Below, in pieces: positions 47,835 through 57,704 of a DNA stretch of 64,000 bases. The DNA is from Candidatus Cloacimonadales bacterium. GTDB taxonomy: Bacteria; Cloacimonadota; Cloacimonadia; Cloacimonadales; JAIOQZ01. Numbering within the stretch: position 1 is the stretch's first letter; each line of letters begins with the position of its first letter. The translations under genes and the position numbers were made by a program. The stretch spans positions 2,656,001 through 2,720,000 of the forward strand of contig CAXXTU010000002.1 of assembly GCA_963662655.2 (NCBI GenBank), read 5' to 3'. The notes beneath the pieces are model-generated. The model was not told where the DNA came from. It made no database searches and saw nothing but the letters and a program-made list of their open reading frames with translations.

Positions 47835-50723
47835 TTAGCGAAGAATCAGAACCTTCTTCGTCTGGCTTTGGCTCGGTGTTTCGAGACGCAGGAAATACAC
47901 GCCGCTGGAGATCACCTTGCCAGTCTCGTCCAGGCCATCCCAGTAAAGGCTGTGGACGCCGGCGTCGTAATTCCCTTGAGAGATTCTGGTCACAAGCTGT
48001 CCGCGGACGTTGTAGATCGCGGCTTCAATCTTCTCCGGCTTGGGAAGCGAGAAACTCACGGAAAGGCCGTCGGCAGCCTGCACGGGATTGGGGAACACCG
48101 TAAGCTGAATGGACGGTTGTTGGATCGTCTCGGTTTCTATGCTTACCTCTTCACCCAGATCGCTCAGCATCCGGTCGAAAAGCGATTCGACCATTTCCTT
48201 CTGCATGTAATAGAGCGGAAATCCGAAGAAGAACACCGTTCCGGAAGGCTGGTACTTCAACGCGCAAGGCAGACCTTCGTAATCGCTGCCTGCTTCGCTG
48301 TGGAAAGTATAAATGCCATCCTCTGCACCTTCGAACACACATACGTACGGCAGCATTCCGTTCCAGACGGAAAGAATTTTGTCCTGATCGAGCGTTTGAT
48401 TGGGGTAGTTGTCCGAGAGCGCTTGCGAGAACTCGGCGCTCGACGAGAACGATGCCTCCGTGATGTTCAGGAAAGTTGAGCGGAAGGACTCCGAGAGCTC
48501 TGTGGCCGTTTTCCATCCGGAGACGATCAGATTACCGCCTGCCAGCAGGTAACTCGTGAGAATATCTTCGTAATCGGATATTTTCTGTTGGGTGATATCG
48601 TCGTCATGCCAGATGATGGTGGAATAGTTACGTAGTTCGAGAATTTGTGGATCACCATCCGTATCGAGATCGTGCGAGGTGAAGAAATTATTGATCACGT
48701 CCGTGTAGAAATCATCGACCTGTGCATCGTCAGGATTGCCGGGTGTCCCGGAACCGTTGCGTGTCTCGTCGATCACCAGAACGCCCTGATCCATCGGGAA
48801 ATCGATTGGCGTTGCTTCCAGTGTTTGGGATGGAAGCGATTCGAAGCCGTCTTTTACAGCCGTGACATAGTAGTAGTAGGTCTGGCCGTTACTTACATTC
48901 TCGTCGTTATAGATCGTACCTGTAGCAGGATCGTCGTTGAGGAGCGTAAATCCCTGATCCTCTTCTTCGGAACGATAAACGTTGTAGCCTTCCACCTCGG
49001 CAGCTTCCCAGAAGGGCTGCCAGTAAACGATCACCTCTCCATCCGTCGCGGAGGCGTTGAGCAGCGTCATCACCTGCTCCGTGTTCGAGCGGGAAATCAC
49101 CCAGTGATGGGGATCGAATTCGGCGGTGAAATCGCCGATACCCGTCAGATCGCTGACCTGCATCGCGGGGGCGTCGGGAGAACCGGTCACAAGAAGCGAA
49201 TCGTGGTGTTCTTCCCAGTTGACGTGGATGGGAACCTGAATATGGAAATCGGTACTGGTGTTGGAAACGGTTTGAACCATGGACATCATTTGCGGACTGT
49301 TTGAACCGATCCCCGCGAAGAAAAGCGCGTATTCGGTTGCCGGAAGACCGGGCGAGTATATCCACTGATCGAAGAATTGCCCCAGATCCAGCCCGGACTC
49401 CTGCTCCATGATCGCCCGAAGTTCCTCGGTTACGGCCCAACCGTTGCGGTAGGTCTGGAAATAGGTCTGCACCGCGTCGAAGAAATCATCGTCGCCCATG
49501 ATGAGCCGGAGCATGTGCAGAACGGATGCCGCTTTCTCGTAAACCGGCGGAGAGAATGTCTCGTTGTATGGCGGAGCGTAAATGGTCCGCGATCCATTCG
49601 AATTAGCCCAGTTGATATAGTAGCCGTGGATCGCTGAATCGACGTAGTTTGTCATTTCGTCGAATCCCTGCCAGTGCTCCATATATATCGCTTCCGAAAG
49701 GACAGCGAAGCCTTCGGAAAGCCACACGTGATCGAAGGTAAGCGGTGTGACGCAGTTACCGAACCACTGGTGGGAAAGCTCGTGGGCAATGGTGATCTCG
49801 CCGCCGTGATTTCCGTCGATGAAGCTGCTTCCCATGGTGGTCATGGTCTGGTGCTCCATCGCGCCGAATGTTTGCATGGGAACGATGGCATTTCCGTATT
49901 TCTCGAACGGGTATTCTCCGTACACACTTTCGTAAACTTCGATCATATAGGGGAGGTTGGAGAAATCCTCAAGGGCCTCGTCATACATGGTATTTACGGC
50001 AAAATTTTGAATTGGTAAATCGCCATAATTATCATCGATCTGAATGTAATAACCCGCAGTTATGCATGCAAGATGCCCAGCCATGGGCGAGGATCCCTCC
50101 CAATGGGTTGTATGAGTCCCGTCACCGTTGTTATCGATCCCGGTTCTGATGCCATTGCAAGCAATCACCCAATCATCGTGTTCCGTGATATGGAAATCGT
50201 ATATCGCTTTCTCCCAGGGGTGATCGTAGGCCGGCATCCACCAACGTACTCCGCTGGGGTCGGACAGTGTGAAGAAATAGTATTGGCTGAAGATCATTCC
50301 GATATGAAAAACGTCGTCGCTCAACTGCGGATAACCGAAATAGCTAATCTGCACGGTAAACTCATCACCGTTGGAGATATCCGATAGCGCGATGTCGATC
50401 TCGCCGTCTTCGTGCGTGAACGTCGTACTCTCGCCGTTGACCAGTATCTCATCGACCGTCAGCGCTTCCAGCTCAAAGGTGATTTCTTCAAGGTCCTCTT
50501 CCGCGAGGATAGTGGCAATCACGATGCCATCGATGTATTCCTCCATTTGATCGATGTCGATGGAAACATCGTATGAAAGTACATCGAATCCATGAAGTGA
50601 ATCGGCACGGGAATGAGCTTCTTCCAGAACTCGCCGGTACTCGCTCAGGTCCTGCGCCGGCCGGGCATATAATAATACAGTGCACAACAGCACTGAAAAC
50701 AGTATCAAACTTCTGCGCAGCAT
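47835..50723 (-). CDS. M1-family aminopeptidase with Fn3 and FlgD-Ig/T9SS-like C-terminal domain
   Basis: GAMEH, HELSHQWFG..WLSEGFA, VYEKAA; C-terminal FPNP...YNVRGQLV...SSGVYF. Confidence 0.92.
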   Translation of the reverse strand: MLRRSLILFSVLLCTVLLYARPAQDLSEYRRVLEEAHSRADSLHGFDVLSYDVSIDIDQMEEYIDGIVIATILAEEDLEEITFELEALTVDEILVNGESTTFTHEDGEIDIALSDISNGDEFTVQISYFGYPQLSDDVFHIGMIFSQYYFFTLSDPSGVRWWMPAYDHPWEKAIYDFHITEHDDWVIACNGIRTGIDNNGDGTHTTHWEGSSPMAGHLACITAGYYIQIDDNYGDLPIQNFAVNTMYDEALEDFSNLPYMIEVYESVYGEYPFEKYGNAIVPMQTFGAMEHQTMTTMGSSFIDGNHGGEITIAHELSHQWFGNCVTPLTFDHVWLSEGFAVLSEAIYMEHWQGFDEMTNYVDSAIHGYYINWANSNGSRTIYAPPYNETFSPPVYEKAASVLHMLRLIMGDDDFFDAVQTYFQTYRNGWAVTEELRAIMEQESGLDLGQFFDQWIYSPGLPATEYALFFAGIGSNSPQMMSMVQTVSNTSTDFHIQVPIHVNWEEHHDSLLVTGSPDAPAMQVSDLTGIGDFTAEFDPHHWVISRSNTEQVMTLLNASATDGEVIVYWQPFWEAAEVEGYNVYRSEEEDQGFTLLNDDPATGTIYNDENVSNGQTYYYYVTAVKDGFESLPSQTLEATPIDFPMDQGVLVIDETRNGSGTPGNPDDAQVDDFYTDVINNFFTSHDLDTDGDPQILELRNYSTIIWHDDDITQQKISDYEDILTSYLLAGGNLIVSGWKTATELSESFRSTFLNITEASFSSSAEFSQALSDNYPNQTLDQDKILSVWNGMLPYVCVFEGAEDGIYTFHSEAGSDYEGLPCALKYQPSGTVFFFGFPLYYMQKEMVESLFDRMLSDLGEEVSIETETIQQPSIQLTVFPNPVQAADGLSVSFSLPKPEKIEAAIYNVRGQLVTRISQGNYDAGVHSLYWDGLDETGKVISSGVYFLRLETPSQSQTKKVLILR

Positions 50724-50904
50724 TCGCTACCTCCAACAATCACAATGTGTTATCAACACAGCACTTCTGCATATGTCAAAGATTAGCGGACCGTAAAGGA
50801 TTGGCAAGTTTTTCTTTATGAGCAAAATACCGGAAAATGTGTGGACAAAGTATGTGCAACATGACAGGGATGAAACCGTTGAAAGAGTGAATCCTGGAGG
50901 AAGT

Positions 50905-52173
50905 ATGCAATTTGAATTACCGTACGGGGATTCGACTTTCCCCATGGAAATCGACGACCGGAACATACTCGACGTACTGGAAAACGCCGAACTGCCGTCT
51001 ATCGACCATCCCGAAGAAGCCGTTCTCAAAGCGCTGGAGCAGCCGACGGCCTCCATGTCGCTACGCGATCTTCTAACGGTAAAGCCCATTCAACGGCTGG
51101 CGATCGTCGTGACCGACCACACGCGCGGATGCCCGTACCCCACCATCCTTCCCCCGCTGATCGAATACATCATCGAAAGCGGAGTATCGCCGCAGTCGAT
51201 CGAGTTTCTCGTCGCGACCGGCACCCATCCGGCCATGACAATCGATCAGATGCGCAGGCAGTACGGCACTTCCGTTGTCGAAAGCTTTCCCTTTCACTGC
51301 AACGACTGCCGCAGCAAGGATATGGTCTACATGGGCGACCTGATCCATGGCAACCCATTCTACCTCAACAACCTCGCGGTGGATGCGGATTTCCTGATCA
51401 CCACCGGCGTGATCAACACCCACTATCTGGCAGGGTTCTCCGGTGGACGAAAGAGCATCCTGCCTGGGCTTTCCTCCTACGAAACCATCCGCAGGAACCA
51501 CAGCCAGGCGCTGGATCGAAGGGTCGATCTCGCCCGGCTGGACGATAATCCCATCCATCTGGAAATGAGCCAGGCAGCTTCAATGGCAAACGTCGATTTC
51601 AGCCTTAACTTCATCCTCGACGACCACAAGCAGATCGTTAAAATCGTCTCGGGGGATATCCACGAATCGTTCCTCGCGGGAGCGGAGTTCCTGAAGGAGC
51701 ATTACAGTGTCCCCTGCAACGGCCTTGCGGAAGTGATCATCACCACGCCCGGAGGTCATCCCAAGGACCGCACGCTGTATCACACGCAGAAGTGCATGAA
51801 CAACGTCTTTCCGCTCCTCGAGAAGGGCGGAACCGCGATCGTATTCAGTCCATGCAGCGACGGGGTAGGTTCGGACGAGATGGTCCGGTTCATGACCTCC
51901 GTCGAGAAACCCGAAGAGCTTCTTTCCATCGCACCGGAGGAGATCACCGTCGGCGGTCACCGCGCGGTTGCAACCGCGAAGCTCATGGAGAAGGGGGACA
52001 TCGTTCTGGTTTCGAAGATGCCGGGCGAGGAGGTGGAATCGCTGCATTTCAAAACTGCTCCGGACTGGAAAACGGCCTACCGCTTCATCAAAGGTAAGCA
52101 TGGCGACGACGTTAAAATACGAGTAATCCCCAACGGAAACCAGTTTTACGGTGTTCTGCGCGAGGAAACATGA
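50905..52173 (+). CDS. larA: LarA-family nickel-pincer racemase/epimerase
   Basis: DHTR, ATGTH, HYLAGFSGGRKSILPG, GGHPKD..YH..K; GGAGG RBS; substrate uncertain. Confidence 0.85.
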   Translation: MQFELPYGDSTFPMEIDDRNILDVLENAELPSIDHPEEAVLKALEQPTASMSLRDLLTVKPIQRLAIVVTDHTRGCPYPTILPPLIEYIIESGVSPQSIEFLVATGTHPAMTIDQMRRQYGTSVVESFPFHCNDCRSKDMVYMGDLIHGNPFYLNNLAVDADFLITTGVINTHYLAGFSGGRKSILPGLSSYETIRRNHSQALDRRVDLARLDDNPIHLEMSQAASMANVDFSLNFILDDHKQIVKIVSGDIHESFLAGAEFLKEHYSVPCNGLAEVIITTPGGHPKDRTLYHTQKCMNNVFPLLEKGGTAIVFSPCSDGVGSDEMVRFMTSVEKPEELLSIAPEEITVGGHRAVATAKLMEKGDIVLVSKMPGEEVESLHFKTAPDWKTAYRFIKGKHGDDVKIRVIPNGNQFYGVLREET

Positions 52174-52784
52174 TTCGCAACATCCTACTTTCCCTGGAAT
52201 TCGTCGCACTGTTCATCCTTCTGCCCGTGCTCTCGTGGATGAATCTCTTCAAATTCCCGAAATTCTTCCTTTTGTTTGCAGCGCTGATCTACTGCATCTT
52301 CATGCTGCTCCGCTCCAGGAGCTTCGATCGCAAAAAGCTCTGGAACTGGAAGGGAATCCGCCCGATTCTGCTGAGAGTGGTCATGGTGTGCGTGTTTCTC
52401 ACGGCCTATACCGCGATCTTCGAGCGGGAGTCGCTGTTCTGGTTTCCAAGGCACAATCCGCTGTTTCTCCTGATCATCCTGGTCCTCTACCCCATCCTCT
52501 CCGCCTACCCGCAGGAGTTGATCTACCGCTCCTTCTTCTTCGACCGCTACAAGGATATCTTCGGCAGATTCGTGGATGTCTTCAGCATCCTGTCATTCAC
52601 CCTCTTGCATATCATCTACGACAACTGGGTGGCTCTGGCGTTTTCCTTCGCCGGAGGAATCCTCTTCACGAAAACCTACCGGAAAACGGGTTCCCTCGCT
52701 CTCACGGCCCTCGAGCACGCTATCTATGGGGGCCTGGTATTCACGCTGGGCCTTGGGAAGTTTTTCTACGAGCGCTGGGGGTAA
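52170..52784 (+). CDS. CPBP/CAAX-family intramembrane protease-like protein
   Basis: PQELIYRSFF, F..LH, EHAIYG; multiple TM helices. Confidence 0.8.
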   Translation: MIRNILLSLEFVALFILLPVLSWMNLFKFPKFFLLFAALIYCIFMLLRSRSFDRKKLWNWKGIRPILLRVVMVCVFLTAYTAIFERESLFWFPRHNPLFLLIILVLYPILSAYPQELIYRSFFFDRYKDIFGRFVDVFSILSFTLLHIIYDNWVALAFSFAGGILFTKTYRKTGSLALTALEHAIYGGLVFTLGLGKFFYERWG

Positions 52785-52792
52785 GTTCGAGA

Positions 52793-52906
52793 GCAGATTC
52801 GTTTGATCACCAACGAAAACGTGGTGTTACACGATGAAGTTGTTCCTTTTTCTCTCCAACGGAATCGTGTTATATCCACGTTGGAGGTGCGATCGGGCGA
52901 AGATGC
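52793..52906 (+). ncRNA. Unidentified long-hairpin element, copy 2
   Basis: Homologous to 4525-4640, with compensatory stem changes. Confidence 0.5.
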
Positions 52907-53010
52907 CGAGAACGGTAAACGTACGATTGACCGTGACAATGACATATTCAACAAGAGCAGCTCCGCGAAGGTTCACGTAAGCTGCTCTCAGATGATAAAC
53001 AATTCGTTTC

Positions 53011-55221
53011 TTAAAGGATCAATCCATTTTCCCAGGCGTTGCGGAGGTCTACGGGATCGCAGGCAATCAGGTTATTGATGCTGAATCCCGATGCGGTTAC
53101 TTGGCCGATCTTACGCACTATGGTGCTGTGCTTTTCACAGATGGCCTGAATGGCCTGAACTTCTTCCGGCTTGCAGGAGACGACGATTCTGCTGTGCGCT
53201 TCGCCGAAGAGCTCGAAGTCGGCGCGGAATTGAAGCGGAAACTCGATGCTCGCGCCGAGGGTCATGTTGGCTGGCTGGAAGCACGATTCGGCAATCGCCA
53301 CGGCCAAACCGCCGTCGGAGCAGTCGTGCGCGGATTGGGCGAGTTTCCTGTCGGCGATTTCAAGGAAGACGTCGTAAAGCGCGCTTTCCTTGTCCAGATC
53401 GACCTTGGGGGCGTTGCCGGAAATGGTGCCATGAATCTCCTTGAGGTACTCGGATCCACCGATTTCGCTGCAGGGCTCGCCGAGGAGGAGAATGGCGTCG
53501 CCTTCATTCTTGAACCACGAAGTGACCTTCTTGCTGTTGTCTTCGATCAGACCCAACATACCGATGGTCGGCGTGGGGTAAACGGCCGCGCGCGGGTTCT
53601 CGTTGTAGAAGGATACGTTGCCGCCGGTGACGGGCGTATCGAATTTACGGCAGGCGTCTCCCATACCGCGGATGGCCTCGGTGAAGGTCCAGTAAACCTC
53701 CGGCTTGTAGGGATTGCCGAAGTTGAGGCAATTGGTGATGGCCAGCGGTTTCGCGCCGGAGCAAACCACGTTGCGCGCCGATTCGGCCACGGCTCCCTTG
53801 GCTCCCTCATACGGATCGAGGTAGACGTGGCGTCCGTTGCAATCGGTGCAGACGGCGATGGCTTTTTTCGTTCCCTGGATGCGAACGACAGCCGCGTCGC
53901 TTCCAGGCTCAACCATTGTGTTGACCTGCACCATGTGATCGTATTGCTGGAACACCGCCTTCTTGGAGGCGATGTTGGGTGTCCCCAGCAGCTTCTTGAG
54001 GACGGCGGTGTAATCGTTCGGCTCGGGAACGGATTGCGTGTCGAACGCGCGCATTTCCCGAAGGTAGGCCGGTTCTTTGATCTCGCGCTTGTAGACGGGC
54101 GCTTCCCCGCCGAGTACCAGCATCTGAGCGGGTAACTCGGCTTTCAGCACGCCGTTTTCAAGGATGCGCAGCTTGCCGTCGTCACGGACTTCGCCGATTT
54201 TCTCCGCGTGGAGGTCCCATTTGACGAAAATCGCTTCCACCTTCTCGTAGTTCTCGGGCTTCACCACTAGCAGCATGCGTTCCTGCGATTCGGAAAGCAT
54301 GATTTCGTAAGGTGTCATACCGGTTTCGCGTTGGGGAACCTTGCTTACGTCGAGCTCGATGCCCATGTTTTCCTTGGCTGCCATCTCGCTGCTGGAGCAG
54401 GTGAGTCCGGCGGCGCCCATGTCCTGGATACCCACGACAAGCCCGTTTTCGATCACCTCCAGCGTTGCTTCGAGGAGCAGCTTCTCCATGAAGGGATCGC
54501 CCACTTGGACGGCAGTGCGCTTCTCCTCCGATTCCTCGGTGAGTTCCACCGATGCGAAGGTCGCGCCGTGGATGCCGTCACGCCCGGTTTTGGAACCGAC
54601 GTAGATGACCCAGTTGCCCACGCCTTTCGCGGCGGCCTTGGCGATGTTCCCATGCTCGAGGAGCCCTACGGCCATCGCGTTGACCAGCGGATTACCCTCG
54701 TAGCTCTTCTCGAAATAGACTTCCCCACCAACGGTCGGAACGCCGAAGCAGTTACCGTAATCCGCGATGCCGGAGACCACGCCGTTGATCAGGTGTTTGA
54801 CCTGCGGCGACTCGGGGTCTCCGAAGCGGAGGGAATTTAGCGCTGCGATGGGGCGTGCGCCCATGGTGAAGATGTCACGCAGGATTCCGCCGACGCCTGT
54901 GGCGGCTCCGTGATAAGGCTCAACCGCGGAAGGATGGTTGTGGCTCTCGATCTTGAAGGAGATGGCCAGGCCGTCACCAATATCGACTACACCCGCGTTT
55001 TCTTCGCCGGTTTTTGTCAGGAGCGATTTCCCTTCGCGCGGGAGGGTCTTGAGCTGGAGAATGGAATTCTTGTAGCTGGCGTGCTCCGACCACATCACGG
55101 AGATGATGCCGAGTTCGGTAAAGGTGGGTTCCCTGCCGAGCGTCTCAAGAACGTGGTTGTATTCTTCCTCCGTGAGACCGTGTTCGGCGATGAGTTCCTT
55201 GGTTATCTTGGGTTCTTGCAT
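53011..55221 (-). CDS. purL: Phosphoribosylformylglycinamidine synthase subunit PurL
   Basis: [43 protein letters not shown]. Confidence 0.97.
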   Translation of the reverse strand: MQEPKITKELIAEHGLTEEEYNHVLETLGREPTFTELGIISVMWSEHASYKNSILQLKTLPREGKSLLTKTGEENAGVVDIGDGLAISFKIESHNHPSAVEPYHGAATGVGGILRDIFTMGARPIAALNSLRFGDPESPQVKHLINGVVSGIADYGNCFGVPTVGGEVYFEKSYEGNPLVNAMAVGLLEHGNIAKAAAKGVGNWVIYVGSKTGRDGIHGATFASVELTEESEEKRTAVQVGDPFMEKLLLEATLEVIENGLVVGIQDMGAAGLTCSSSEMAAKENMGIELDVSKVPQRETGMTPYEIMLSESQERMLLVVKPENYEKVEAIFVKWDLHAEKIGEVRDDGKLRILENGVLKAELPAQMLVLGGEAPVYKREIKEPAYLREMRAFDTQSVPEPNDYTAVLKKLLGTPNIASKKAVFQQYDHMVQVNTMVEPGSDAAVVRIQGTKKAIAVCTDCNGRHVYLDPYEGAKGAVAESARNVVCSGAKPLAITNCLNFGNPYKPEVYWTFTEAIRGMGDACRKFDTPVTGGNVSFYNENPRAAVYPTPTIGMLGLIEDNSKKVTSWFKNEGDAILLLGEPCSEIGGSEYLKEIHGTISGNAPKVDLDKESALYDVFLEIADRKLAQSAHDCSDGGLAVAIAESCFQPANMTLGASIEFPLQFRADFELFGEAHSRIVVSCKPEEVQAIQAICEKHSTIVRKIGQVTASGFSINNLIACDPVDLRNAWENGLIL

Positions 55222-55232
55222 GGTGTCCTCGT

Positions 55233-56294
55233 TTATTGTGTATTTTTATAATATTCTATCAATGTCTGGATATGGGTTTCGATACGCATATAGGCGTACC
55301 GGTAATCGGAGAGGCTTCCGCCGTAGGGATCCTCGATATCGCTACCGTTTCCCCCGAACTCGGAGAGGAGCTTCACCTTGTTCTCCACGTATGGAATGAT
55401 GGACAGCAGCCTGTCCTTGTGCTCCTGCGTCATGGTCACCAGCAGCCACGATTTACGGATGATCTCGTGGTTAATCTGGGTGGAAAGGTGCATGGAGGCG
55501 TCGATTCCCGCGTCCGCGAGCAGCGTCTGCGAATGCTTCGAGATCGAATTCCCGCTCGTGAGGAAGCCGGCCGATTCGCTGCGAAGTTCGAGACGCTCTT
55601 TTTCGATACGATCCTTGAGAAGGTATTCCGCTATTGGGCTACGACAGATGTTTCCCGTGCAGATAAAGGTGACGAGCGGCTTCTCCAGCGATTGCACCAG
55701 TTCCGCTTGGGGAATGTTTCCGGCGCGGAGGACGGTGAAATCATCCTGCAACCTGACGATCGTTGAGGGGATGGGCTCCCACTTCCGCTTCTCCTCGATG
55801 TAATATGGGATATCCACTCCAAAGCGTCGGTAGATCGTGTCAAGGTGGTTCAGCGGTTCTTCGCCGGCGGTGTTGATGCTGGTGGAAACCATCGGCGCGT
55901 CCAACTTACGTAAAAAATCCCGCAGGTTGATGGCGGCTGGAATTCGCAGGGCCAGCGTCCCGTCGGTGGTCAGGTGACGGTATTCGTCACCCGAATAGGG
56001 GACGACGAAGGTCAGGTTCCCTGGAGAGTATTGATCGAGCAACCGGATGTGCTTTGCCGACAGGGATATCCCCATTCGGTCCAGCCAGTCGAGTCCGGGA
56101 ATGAGCATGATGTATCCTTTCTCGGGGATGCGCTGTTTTATGCGGTTGATCTTCTGGATTGCCCTCTGATCCCGGGCGTCGCACCCGATGCCGAACATGA
56201 ATCCTGTGTGATGCAGAAACACGGGGTTCCCGGACGTTACCTCCGCGCGAATCGATTCGTAGTTTGCTATATCTTTTGTATTGATGACTTTCAT
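55233..56294 (-). CDS. TsaC/Sua5 (YrdC) domain fused to a low-molecular-weight phosphatase
   Basis: K.R...K, PGNLTF, STSIN..G; then [12 protein letters not shown]-loop and DPYG. Confidence 0.88.
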   Translation of the reverse strand: MKVINTKDIANYESIRAEVTSGNPVFLHHTGFMFGIGCDARDQRAIQKINRIKQRIPEKGYIMLIPGLDWLDRMGISLSAKHIRLLDQYSPGNLTFVVPYSGDEYRHLTTDGTLALRIPAAINLRDFLRKLDAPMVSTSINTAGEEPLNHLDTIYRRFGVDIPYYIEEKRKWEPIPSTIVRLQDDFTVLRAGNIPQAELVQSLEKPLVTFICTGNICRSPIAEYLLKDRIEKERLELRSESAGFLTSGNSISKHSQTLLADAGIDASMHLSTQINHEIIRKSWLLVTMTQEHKDRLLSIIPYVENKVKLLSEFGGNGSDIEDPYGGSLSDYRYAYMRIETHIQTLIEYYKNTQ

Positions 56295-57385
56295 GATTTT
56301 TCCAGGTAATCCATGGGGTCGACGGGGATACGTCGTTTCCGCAGCTCGAAATGCAATTGAGGCTGCGAGACGCTTCCCGCGCTTCCCGAAAGCGCGATGA
56401 CGTCGTTGCGCTTCACGCGGTCTCCTTTGGTTACAAGCAGCTTGCTGTTGTGGCTGTATATCGTCAGAAATCCGTTCTGATGATCGATGATGATCGTTTT
56501 CCCCGCGTTCATGTAGAGTTCCGCGAAAACGACCACCCCGTCTTCAGCCGCAGAGATATCGCTCCCTTCCGCGAGCGCGATATCGATCCCGTTGCTGTGG
56601 AACTGGCTGTTGTTGGATTTGTAATTGCCGAACGGGCGAATCACCTTTCCTCTGCCTGGCCAGGCGATATTTCCCGTTTCGAATCGATAGGTGTAATCGT
56701 CATCTTCCGTTGCGTATTCGAGCTTGGTAATCAAATCCTCCAGCTCTTCCGCCTCTTTGCTGATGCGGGACAGCAGCGCTTCCGATTCGCTCTTCTTGAT
56801 GTCGTACATCTTTACTTTCTCGTTCAGCTCGTCTATTTTCCCATGAAGCTGCTTGCTCTCCTGCTCGCTCTTCTTGCGCTTGGAGCTTGTCGTATTAACC
56901 TCTTTCTCGAGCTTGCCCTTGTCCGACGAGAGTTTGCGGACATCGCTCTCGGCATGACGGATCGTGCTGACCGTCTCGTTGATCATCTGCGAAATCATGA
57001 AGCGATCGCCGTATTTATCGATTCCCGGAGAATACTCCAGGAAAAACAATCGCAGGAACTCCTCGCGGCACAAGCTCTTCAACTGGTTTTCGCGATACTC
57101 GGCGTTCTTGAGGCGTGAGCTGGTTTTCTCCAGCTCGCTGGTCTTGTTTTGCAGGGTCGTAATCAGGCTTTTCAGCGTTTTCTGCGTGCCTTTCACGCGG
57201 TCGGAGTAGCTGTCCAGATCCTTCAGGGCGTTCTTCTTCAGCTTCTCCTGCTTATCGATGGTTTGACGCTCCTTCTCTATCTGCTCCTGGAGCTTCTCGA
57301 GACGCTCTTTCTTCGTCTTCAGATCCTGCCCGAACATGAGCGAGAACATCAGAAACAATACCATGAAAGCTGTTATGACTCTCAA
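56291..57385 (-). CDS. envC: Coiled-coil M23 protein (EnvC-like)
   Basis: Signal peptide, long coiled coil, NGIDI (degenerate first Zn ligand), LHFELR. Confidence 0.8.
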   Translation of the reverse strand: MRVITAFMVLFLMFSLMFGQDLKTKKERLEKLQEQIEKERQTIDKQEKLKKNALKDLDSYSDRVKGTQKTLKSLITTLQNKTSELEKTSSRLKNAEYRENQLKSLCREEFLRLFFLEYSPGIDKYGDRFMISQMINETVSTIRHAESDVRKLSSDKGKLEKEVNTTSSKRKKSEQESKQLHGKIDELNEKVKMYDIKKSESEALLSRISKEAEELEDLITKLEYATEDDDYTYRFETGNIAWPGRGKVIRPFGNYKSNNSQFHSNGIDIALAEGSDISAAEDGVVVFAELYMNAGKTIIIDHQNGFLTIYSHNSKLLVTKGDRVKRNDVIALSGSAGSVSQPQLHFELRKRRIPVDPMDYLEKS

Positions 57386-57652
57386 ACCTTATGATCTCCC
57401 CGAACTTCCATTCACTCTGGATGCACTCCCTGACGATAAATTGCGAACCCTATCCCCTGTCAAGCGAATGATTTGATTATCATGAATAGCAATTGCGTAA
57501 AGTGAGACCCGTCAAGAAATGCGCTCGTCAAAAAGGGTGGGTGGGCTCGGGGACGATTGGAAGGCGATTTGCCCGTGCTCTCCCGCAAATCGCATTTCAA
57601 TCGTACACGGGGACATTATAAAAAACGAGCGCATTTCGCTCGCATATAATGC

Positions 57653-57684
57653 AACAGCGGCTCCCGTTACCAGGAGCCACTGTT
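57653..57684 (-). terminator. Stem-loop after the large secreted-protein gene
   Basis: AACAGTGGCTCC...GGAGCCGCTGTT on the minus strand; weak U tract. Confidence 0.5.
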
Positions 57685-57704
57685 TGTATGGTTATCTTTG
57701 GGAA

